NCBI GenBank assembly: GCA_964016885.1
Contig: OZ024742.1
Span: 81,530,001-81,594,000 of the forward strand
Length of the DNA stretch: 64,000 bases
Reading direction: 5' to 3'
DNA from: Eledone cirrhosa
Taxonomy: Eukaryota
Shown: positions 53,489-64,000 of the stretch, piece by piece
Layout of the letters: each line of letters opens with the position of its first letter
Position numbering within the stretch: the stretch's first letter is position 1
Position numbers and translations under genes: made by a program
Notes under the pieces: model-generated
Told to the model about the DNA's origin: nothing
Seen by the model: only the letters and a program-made list of their open reading frames with translations
Database searches by the model: none

Positions 53489-56400
53489 CAGCTGCATTTA
53501 TCTCGCTTTATGTTCATACGAGTTATCACCAAGTCACAACCACTGACCTCAAGAGACAACAAGGTCCGCCATGTTCAAGAAAGAACATACATACTCACAT
53601 ATGCATCTTTAGTGTTTTGACTTATGATGTACTTATATTGACAGCATCTTCCTTAATATATGGGCAGTTCCCATTAGTACTATCTTTTGTATTTCTCCTA
53701 TACGCGGGTTTCCTGGGATTTGCGATTAGTAATCATTAGCCCCCTTAGGTATCAATCCTAGAGCGCCTACAACCACTGGTATTGTTTTAGTTCTCAATTT
53801 CCACATTTTTCCAATTTCTATCTCCAGGTCCTTATACTTGCTCATTTTTCAAATGTTTTTATAGATACATTCTTGTCTATTGGAACGGACATATCAATTA
53901 GCAGGCATACCCTCTTTTTAAAGTCCTTCAATATTATATCAGGTCTATTTGCATCTATTTTTCGCTCTGTTTGGATGCTAAAGTTCCACAAGATTGAGAT
54001 GTGATCTTTTTCAAGTATGGGATGTGGTTGAAGCTCCCACCAATTCTTTTGATGGGGAAGGTCAACATGCTTACACATTATCCAATTATTATTATGTTGG
54101 CTTGGTAATTTTTTGTTGGCAGACACTGATCTTGTGCTGATATAATCAGTCCTTCAGTCTCCGATTTCAGTCCAGAGGATGCCAACCAGTGATGGGTTAC
54201 AGTTTTGTCAACATCCGGATTGTTAGCTCATTCTGGGTATTTTCCATACAGAGGCTTTTCTTGCCATTTCTTAGCCAGTTTCTGTAGCAGTTCTTTCTTT
54301 GCAGTTACTTTTACAGTCTTTGCTTTTTCGGTGTTTTCCATTTCAGCAATAAATGGGACTTCTGAAACGTGTACTCCATTACTGTATCTTTGTGCATCTT
54401 TTGTAATGGAGTATGATCTTTTGATGCTTTCGTGTTTCAAAACGAGTTTGATCATCCAATAATGTGATTCCCTTAGATATGTAGATAATCCAATTGTTGC
54501 AGTTTTCAACGCAATGTCTAACTGGATTAACCCACGTCCTCCTTCTTTCCTAGGGAGATATATTCTATCTGTATCTGCCTTAGGGTGATGCATTCTGTGC
54601 ATGGTTAAGAATTTTCGAATTTTTGTATCGAGCCTATGCATTTCTGTGCTTGACCAGTTGATGACGTTGTAACCGTAGGTTACTACTGGTATGGCAAGCG
54701 TGTTTATGGCATCGATCCTATTCCTTGCATTCAATTCCGTTCTTAAGATTGCTCTTACTCTGCGGTAACGTTCCTTCCTTATCCTTTCCCTCATTGTCGA
54801 GTGCTCGATTCTGTCTCCTTCACAAATACCTAGATATTTGTAAGTTTCCTCTTGATCAAGTTCTCTTATCACATTCCCTCGATCAAGATTAATGTCTGAA
54901 CTTTTCAGCATCTTTCCTCTGGTGAACGTTGCTTTGGCTCATTTATCTAGTCCAAACTCCATTTTAATGTCATCACTGAACTGCAACACAGTGGATAATA
55001 GCCCTTGCAATTGTTAATCATTTTTTGCAAATAGTTTCAAGTCATCCATGTAGAACAAGTGATTAATGGTTTTGTCATAGACTTTATATCCATTTTTTTG
55101 GTTTCATTGAGCATTTTACTTAATGGTATAAGTGCGATACAAAATAAAAGCGGTGATAAAGAGTCACCCTGAAAAATTCCACAATTAATATTAACTTCTC
55201 AAGCTTCCAGTGATTTGTTTCCACTATTCAAAAGGAGTGTCGTTTTCCATGTCTTCATACTGAATGACAAAAACCTCCTGACAACGGGGGATATTTTGAA
55301 AATCTCTAAACATTTTTCAATCCAACTGTGTGGCAAACTATCGAATGCTTTTTTATAATCTATCCAAGCAATTGATAGAATTTTGTGTCTATTATGACAA
55401 TCTTCCAGTATCATTTTGTTAACCAAAAGCTGATCCTTACAGCCATATGATCCTCGTTTACACCCTTTCTGCTCAATGGGAAATATGTCATTTGTTATCA
55501 GGTGGTCATATGTATATTCAGTTAGGAGAGATGTTAACATTTTATACATTGTGGTCAAGCAAGTTATCGGTCTGTAATTTTTGGGATTGTTTGTCTCATC
55601 ATTCTTCGGAAGCAGGAATGTAATGCCGTTAACTAGCCATGATGGTATCTTGTCTGGCTCCTTAACTATTTCATTGTAAAGTTGGGCTAACAGCTTATGA
55701 GACTCTGCGAAGGCATTTATCCAAACATTTTGTATTTTGTCTTTTCCTGGGGATTTCCATTTGCTGGTTTTTCTTAGACCCAAACGCAACTGTTTAACTG
55801 TTATATTTTCCCATATTTGTTCCTCAAGGTGAATTGTATCTTTCATTTGTCTGTCTGTCCATGGGGCATGTATATTATGAACTTTTTCTTCGGCCCAGAT
55901 CTTTTCCAAGAATTCTTGCACTTCCTCCTTGCGTGGTATTGATCTAGCAGGTATTGTTGACTTACCAATTTTTCTGTAGAAGTTTCTTTGGTTGGTTTTG
56001 AACATATTATTGTCCTTATAGAATCTAGATCGTTTTTCAAAGCGCCTTATGCGAGCAGCTTTGGCCGACACTTTTTGCTTGATTATTTCTATCAGCATGC
56101 CTATGTCACTTGTTGGTTTTATACTGTACTTTCTTTTAAATTTTTTAAGTTTAGTTTGTTTAACATGTTCACCTACTTTATAGTTTGTTAAAATTTCTAT
56201 ATCAGATCGGAGAAGGTTTGTTTGGCGATTGATATTCTCTTGCCAAGTAGATTTCTTGTGGGAATTCCTTTGTTTTTTCATCTTCACTCTACATAAGTGA
56301 GTGGTGACTTTAGCCGATGCATAATAGAGATGATTTAAATCAGTAATGTTTAGTTTGTTTGTGATGATAATGTTTTTCATAATTATGTTAGTCTTGTGTA

Positions 56401-58305
56401 TTATCTTTTGGTTCTGTTTGGAGTTCTGGATGTTAGGGAGGGTGTCTCGTTCCTCCATGTCAGATTCTTTCATGTTCATCCATTCGATCATAATTTCATC
56501 CTTTAAGTTGGCAAGTTCATTCTCATTCATTTCTTTATCATTTGCGATCTCCTTGTTTTCATTTGGAGTTTCATCTTGAGCATGCACTCCCTCCACTTTT
56601 TCGACCCTTTCTTCAATTTGTTCTGGTGTCAGTGATTCCGCCCCAACCGTGGGATTCGAAGTGTTACAATTTACCTCGTTTTCACTGACACATGTTTCAT
56701 TTTCCCTTCGCTGACTTTGCGCTAATTGCTTGATCTGATCAATTTCTATATCAGTTAGTAACATTTTTTTAACAACATTTCTTCGTATATTGGCTAGTTT
56801 GTTACTGTCAATATATCCTCTGTTTTCGGGATGTTTCTTTTTCCAGTTGATATATGTCTGTTCTGTATTCGATGTATTTGATGGGTAGTACATGGCAGTG
56901 TAGAAAGCCTCAAGGACGTATTTATTATCTTCCCTTGACCATTATTCTCTCTTTTTCTTTGGATTTATTGGGGGTGAGCATGGAGGGCCAACAGTAGGAG
57001 TATTACGGTTATGGGAGGTATCCAGCTCCGAAGTGATGGGAAGGTTTGAACCATTAGCTGATTTTTCTACCCCAGTCTGGTTCCTCTCTGAGAGACGCGG
57101 CCCGTTTTGGCCCGGGTGACGGCCGATCCGGTATAAGATTTTATCATTAGACATTTACTTTATTTTGTCGCGTTTTATCCTTATCCGCCAAGGGGTAATC
57201 ATTTCGTGTTACCACTTCTAGAACGAGTATCAACCAAAACTAGAGGGGTCGTTCTCCCCTAGAGACACGGCTATTCCCCGCCGTCCGCCATCCCGGTATT
57301 TCTTGGTCACCGTGTTTTCTTTTTTGTTGTTTTTTTTTAAGTTGTTATTATCATGAGTGGTTCCTTAATGTGAGCATTGCGTGGCTTAAGAATGAAATTA
57401 TTAATAATTGTCTCCACTCCAGGCACAAGTCCAGCAATTACCCAGTATATTACAATAATATAATATACTTTTTGCTGAAGTTGCTTGTTATTGTTGTTGG
57501 CTATGTCGGTGGTGGTGCTGGGGCTTTTTATATTGTTGGTGGGGAAGGGTCGAGCCAGCAGTGCCATAGTTGTTGACGTTTGGCCGGTGGCCGGGTCACT
57601 AAGTCAATCGATTTATATCTTTTCCTAGCCTCTCCCTTGTCTAGTGATACCGCCACCTTCCCCTTTCTTAAGTTAACAGAAGATAATGGGGAATAGTGGT
57701 GGTAGCAATGAAGGAGTGGTGGCGGCGGTGATGGGATAGTGGTAGCAATGATGGATGGAGTGGGGGCGGCCGTGGCGTTGTCGTTACTGAGTTTTGTTTG
57801 ATCTGTAGTATCTATGCGTTTGTGTCGCGTATGTTTAATATATGTGTTGACATATTCTCTTAATATTGGAATTAAACATTTTGTTAAAACTTGAGACAAT
57901 AATAATAGTAATTATTATTATGATGCTGGAATTGGTGGTGGTGGTGGTGAAATTGCCGTTATCTGGCTGTTATATTTAGTGTACACAGCGGGGTGATGGG
58001 TTAGGTGGTGTATCTAGTTTCTGGTGTTGGTGACATTTGGCTGTTCTATATAGTGTAGACAGAGGGGGTTTTCTTCCATTTATAACCATTTTCTTTTTTG
58101 AATATAAAATTATAAAATATATAATACAAAATGGTATATTTGAGCGATATAACAATATATTATGGATCCAAATTTTTATGAGACTTGATTCGATGATTTA
58201 TGCATCATTTGTACTAAGAATTGTTATTTCACAATTGATTTAAATATGTTAAAAACCAAAAACTTACGGGAGCGATTTCATGACCTTCTACCACCAGGTG
58301 CGTCT
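53489..58305 (-). mobile_element. Dong-type family B copy B3, near full length with stops/frameshifts (ORF from ~57154 to ~53634)
   Basis: KWKSPGKD, NYRPITCL, EQKGC, WIDYKKAFDS, GIFQGDSLSP, HLFYMDDLKL, GGRGL, RPDII...LIDMSVP; flanked by TTA repeats at both ends. Confidence 0.9.
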
Positions 58306-58315
58306 TCTTCCTATC

Positions 58316-58403
<88 letters not shown>
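58316..58403 (+). repeat. (TTA)n microsatellite separating the 5' ends of B3 and T4
   Basis: Direct reading. Confidence 0.97.
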
Positions 58404-58405
<2 letters not shown>

Positions 58406-58409
58406 GATT

Positions 58410-61400
58410 ATTGGCGACCTACGTAGTAAATCGTATCATCGTGAGCTCCGCAAAGGTTTGTTATTTCCGTTTGTTAAAAATTGTCATTTATGGAAAATGT
58501 TATTGTTAACTGTTTATAAGCACACATACATTGTTTTCCGAAAAGGACACCGAAAAAGTTTGGGGTCTTGTGCCCAAAATTTAAACTTTTATTATTATCA
58601 AAAAATTTTCTTTGAAAAAAATGGCTAATTCAGCTCTGCACGAAGCAGCGGAAAGCCTTCCTCACAAATTAACACCTCACACCGAAACCACCATTGTAAA
58701 TGTTACTACGTTTGCCAACACAAAAAAAAATATAAGCACTAGCAATATTTTAAATTTGTCTCAGGCAGACATTCATTTCCCGCCATTACCAATGACTGCA
58801 GGTGTTAAAGCCTCCACCACCACCACCACCGCGACAACCACCACCACTACCACCACCACCGCGACAACAGAAACAAAAGAAGAAAAAAATAAATTAACTC
58901 GTGATGTCGAAATGAAATCAAGCAAAATGGACTCTTCCCCACCAAAGACGACTGACGTCACCACCACCACAACTGAAACTAAAATTAATATTAACGATAG
59001 CAACAACAACAACAATGACATTATAAAACCCCCCCACAGTTTCGCCAGAGTAGCAAAACTGTTCGAAGCATTTACGGTAACTCAGGAGGATTTAGAAAAT
59101 GCCAAACAAATGGTAAAGAAAGATGGGTACAGGATCAGCCTCCCCCCCCCACCTAATAAAATGGAGCATCGGCGCCTATGCACCGTGTCGTATAGAACAA
59201 TAAATGTAAAATCGCGCCGAGTGGAACGGGCATCCGAGTCCCAAATCCAAAAAGCTTTGGGACATGTGTGGGCAAGAAAAACCCACATCAGACGTGGGCA
59301 AAAGTATGGAACCGTGGACGTGTCTTTGAAACACCAGAGGAGGCTAGAGAACACTCCATGGCCCCATTAAGAAGTAACGACTTCACACTCGTCCCAAGCT
59401 ATTGTGGCCAGAGACTCGTAAAGATCAGGGTGACCCATGTTCCACCGGCCATCGAAATTCCCTGGCTAATAGAGGCTGTCCTCGCCGGCATCGAAGCCAA
59501 CACGAAAATAATAGCAGTAGCAAATGAAAAGCAGAAGAACTGGTCCGGATCTGGGATGGAGCTCCTGATCCAAGCGGACCAAAAAAGCATTGAGGAGATC
59601 CCAGAGCTAATAGACCTCACTGACGGCAGCCACCTCACGGTAATTGTCGAGGGCAGAAGACCTAGGTGTGTCGTTTGTGGTGAAGGAACCCTCAGGCTAA
59701 AAGGTTGAGGCCACCTCTCCTACCCACCCCAGTGACACAACCATCAACACCACCATTCGCAGAGATGGCAGCAAAAACTGTAGCAGCAACAACAGAAGCA
59801 ACTATAACAGCAACAACCCCAGCAACAGTAGCAAAACCAACACCACCACCACCACCAGCAAAACCAACACCACGACCACCCAACGCTTCAGAACTAGCAC
59901 CAGCGCCTACATCATCCATCACGCCACAACCAAAACGAACGGCTGTGGAGGATTTTCCACTCCCCGGCCTATCACAACTGGAGACAGATTGTGACGACGA
60001 GAAGTGGGAAACGATATCCGGAAAAAAAAAAGAAACCAAAAAAGAAAAAATTCTCTTCCTTCCCCTCCAAAAACAAAATAGAGAGGGAAACAAATAAATT
60101 AAGAAACAAAAAAGTTAGGACAGATATGCCACCATCCACACCAGCATCACCAACCCCATCAACCCAAACACCAACACCATCACCATCATTAACCCCAACA
60201 CCACCATCACCTACACCACAAAAGTCACCAAAATGCGAAACAGAAACAAACCCACAACAAACGCAAACAAATCAAAACAACCAAAACGATACACACTACA
60301 CAGCATTAAATTTGAACAACAAGCAATTATTACACTACATCCAACACAACACAAGCATCACAGAAAAAGACTACACAACAACCCCAAAATTCACACCACC
60401 TCCACACATACAAATCACTCGCATCACACAGAAAACGTACATGACACTAAAACAAAAATTCCCCAAAGACATCGGAGACTTCCGACAAGCACTCTCCAGG
60501 AGGATTTATAAGGACATCCTTCCTGAGGAGGCCACAAGCAGTGAAAAGGATGGAAAAACCGTCCTTCCCCTACGAGAAGTAAGGTAAGTGGTCTTTCCCA
60601 TCTTTTCCACTCCTTTTCAACATGACCTCACTCAGAATAGGCAGCATAAATGCGCGTGGCTTGGGGTCGTTATGGAAGCAGGGCCACCTGCTCAACGACC
60701 TCAGGTCACTAAACATAGATGAAGTGGCCATCAGCGAGACCAGAATCTCCGAAGCACAGACTTTCGCACCGATCTTCGGCGGCTACGATGTGTACGCATC
60801 TCCCAGCCGTCCGGGATCGGGGGGAGGAGTTGCTGTGCTTTTTCGGAGAGGTTTGGATCTTGCCATATGGGCCATCTTCCTGGACCCAGAAGGTAAGTTG
60901 GTGGTGCTGGACGTGACCAGCGGAGACGGCCAAGCTTTCAGGTAATGGCCGTCTATGCCCCGACAGGAGCAGGGCGGCCTGATTTCTTCCGGCGTCTGGA
61001 GACCTTTCTTGGAACGTCCCGCTCTTTAGTGTTAGTGGGCGACTGGAACGGGATCTTAGATGCACGCTGGGATTGTGTGGGATAAGTGGATAGGGAAGGA
61101 GGGTGCAAGAGTCTCACCAACCTGCTCAGACCTTTTGAACTGTCTGACAGGTACCGAATGGATTTCCCGAATGTACCAATGTGGACTTGGACAAATCGCA
61201 TAGGGTCATCCAGATCATATCTAGATAGAGTATTTTGTAGGGAAATAGATCGGTCTAGCATAGGCTGTCCACAATTCAAGATAGTCAGCTACACGGACCA
61301 CAAATTCGTGATCTGTGTGCTTGACTTAGATAGGCTTCATAGACGAGGACCCGGCTACTGGAAGCTAAACGCGTCCTTACCAGCGCGCAAGGCCTACAGA

Positions 61401-64000
61401 GACCGGATTAGCGAACTAGCTAAGCGGGCGTTGACGGGGGCCATCGTCAACAACAAGTGGTGGTTTGCTCTGAAAAGAGCAATTAGAATAGAGTCCATTA
61501 GGTTTAGTAAGACGTTAGCAATAGAGAAAAATAGAGCAGAGGGAGAATTAGTTAGAAAATTAGATGAGGCGCTTAGCAAAGGCATCGCGACCGACGTACT
61601 TGCGGCGAAATTGACCCTTGACCAATTCTTCAATGCAAAGCACGAAGGCTGCGTTGTCAGAGCTAGGGTGCGTGCTGTCAGACACGAGGGGACGAAAGCC
61701 GTTCAATGGGCCCGAGTGAAGGAGGCGCGTCGTGGCAAAAAAGCCACGATCCGGTCTTTGGTGGACCACGACGGGCGCATCCTATTCGATCCCGGGCAAA
61801 TGTGTGAAGCTTTCCAGCGACACTTCGCTCAACTGTTCGGGGGCAGTGGCGGGCCGGATCGAGGGATGGACCATAGTGTCTATCTCGACGGACTGGCGCG
61901 GCTTTCGGCCACTGAGGCGGAGTGTTGCGAAAAGCCGATAACAACCGCTGAAGTACGGGATGCAATGACTAGTTGCACAAGGGGTAAATCGCCTGGTTTA
62001 GATGGTATGCCCTATGAACTTTACGTACAAATGCCAAACTTGTTCGGAAGCCTCTTGGCGGACGTCTACTGCAACTGGCAACAGAACGGGAGAATTCCCA
62101 GCTCCGTGAGCCGAGGAGAGGTGGCGCTGCTGAGAAAGGATCCGAACAAGGGGGATGACATAGCTAGTTTTAGGCCCATAACTCTGCTAAACACAGAGTT
62201 CAAGATTTTGGCAAAAGGTGCTAGCAAAGAGGTTGGCGCTTGTCGTTGGTGGTCTGGTGGGAGAGGCACAGACATGCGCCATTCCCGACAGATCCACTCA
62301 CGACCACCTCCACCTCATGCGATACATCGTAGAGAGGGTAGCTAGGGAACCTGGCACGGGTGGGTCTTTGATCAATTTAGATCAGTCGAAAGCCTTCGAT
62401 AGGGTCGACCATCGTTACCTAGCGGCAGTCCTGAGGGCGGCTGGATTTGGGCCCGTCTTCAGAGGCTGGATCGCTGCCATGCACAACGACATCTGCTCTG
62501 TAGTGAGAGTGAACGGTCGCCTTTTGGAACCGTTCAACATCATGCGCTCGGTCCGCCAAGGATGTCCACTCTCGTCCCTATTGTACGTATTGACTCTCGA
62601 GCCATTACTGCACAAACTGGAGACGTTGAGGGGGGTCCCACGCGAACAAGGATGCGGAAGATCCGTGTCAGCATATGCCGACGATGTCACCGTAGTGGTG
62701 TCGAACGCAAAACACATCGAGGTGATCGGCACTGCACTAAGAGAATACGAAGCGGTGACAGGAGCAATGATCAACCAGGAAAAGTCAGTGGGCCTGCAGC
62801 TCGGCACCTGGAGAGGCAGGTCCATGCCGTCCAACAGCGTCGTCGGGCGCTGGACGGACGGACCGGTTAAATTGCTAGGGGTCTGGTTCGGTCCAGTCCT
62901 CCAGACGGACAAAAACTGGGACGAGGTGACGAGCAGGGTGGCTTCTCTCACCCAGAAATGGGCCGACAGGAAGCTATCCCTGAAAGGTCGAGCGGAGGTG
63001 GCTAACGCGTACATCGCGTCCGTCATCTACTACCGCCTGACCGTCGTACCTTGTCCTAAGCCCCGCCTGACTGCGGTGGAGCGTTTGCTCTTTCGCTTCT
63101 TGTGGAAGGGACGCGCTCCGATGGTCAGGCGGTCCATCTGCTGTCAACACCCGCTACGTGGAGGGCTGGGCATGCCGTGGCTGATGATGCGCAGACACGC
63201 GCTCAGGCTACGACATCTCCATCTCTTCCTCGACGGTGACCAGGTGTGGTCGCCGTTTGCTAGACACGTTTTTCCCCAGCTCGTCTCCTTGACGGAGCTG
63301 CAGTCCTGGGTCAAGCGAAGACCGAGAGGGAGCGCTTGGAGACTGGAATGTCTTTAGGCGCTCACAGCCCTCGACCAATCGGGCAATGTGATCGGTGGAA
63401 ACTCCTCCTTGGCGTTCTATAGGGGATTAGTGGAGGGGATGAGCGACGACGTACTTGGAGAAACTCTAGGCGTCGACGAAAATCAACTAGCCAATCTCTT
63501 CGGAAGGACTTTCGGGCCGGGGCCGATGGACAACTTCCAGAAATCCCTGGCCTGGCAGTGCTACCGGGGTGCTTTGCCAGTTCGGGATAAACTTTACAGG
63601 CATGGAGGTGCCGTCAGCCGGGCATGTCCGAGATGCGCACAGGGCGACGAAACCGTCCTGCACGCACTCGTCCAGTGTCCGAGCATTGCTGACTTGTGGG
63701 TTTATGTCGAACACCTGCTGTCACGTGTAGGACGGATCCAGCTATCAGCTGAGTCCATCGTGAGGATTGCCCTGCCCTCTTCCTTTAGCCGGGAAGGGCA
63801 GGCAGTTTTTTATCTGTCTGGTGGCCATGGCGAAAGAGATAGTATGGTGGACACGTTTGAAAGGGCTGAAGACGAGCACTTACCTCTTCGGTGATGCTCT
63901 GATTAACTTTTTCAAATTTCATCTGAAAAGGAAAATCAGGGTAGAGAGGGAAGTGTTCTCTTCCCAGCATTTTGTTGAAAGATGGGTGAGAGAAGCAAGT
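58410..64000 (+). mobile_element. Tx1/L1-type element T4 (ORF1 ~58621-60587, ORF2 from 60622), frameshifted, runs off the window end
   Basis: ORF2 nearly identical to T1 ORF2; ORF1 homologous but clearly divergent, with a damaged knuckle (CVVCGEGT...). Confidence 0.92.

Noticed and set aside
57190-57300. HDV-like ribozyme call for the family B leader
   Set aside because: Could not place P1.1, P3/L3 and the catalytic C in the correct order; reported only as a structured region

Overview
AT-rich, microsatellite-dense eukaryotic (animal) DNA; the repeat style suggests a mollusc such as a cephalopod, but that is only an impression. No host gene is recognisable and almost everything is transposable element. 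It holds a CR1-type LINE, a non-autonomous Helitron, several Penelope-like elements (one near-complete with ~980-bp direct repeats), a hAT-type transposase relic, and two nests of non-LTR retrotransposons (about 11.1-22.3 kb and 36.1-64 kb). The nests are built from R4/Dong-type RLE elements (two families, called A and B here) and Tx1/L1-type APE elements (called T1-T4), joined through (AAT)n/(ATT)n tracts in a strict opposite-orientation pattern. Most notable observations: (1) all four Tx1-type elements carry GGTAAGT at the ORF1 stop plus a pyrimidine tract, defining a candidate 52-59 nt intron that could fuse ORF1 to ORF2, and T1 has a chimeric junction exactly at such a donor; (2) the orientation-locked Dong/Tx1 nests; (3) unrelated short fold-back elements next to (TA)n carrying minimal hammerhead ribozymes; (4) shared 5' leader and 3' stem-loop between the two Dong families. 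All calls are by eye; boundaries are approximate and no database search was run.
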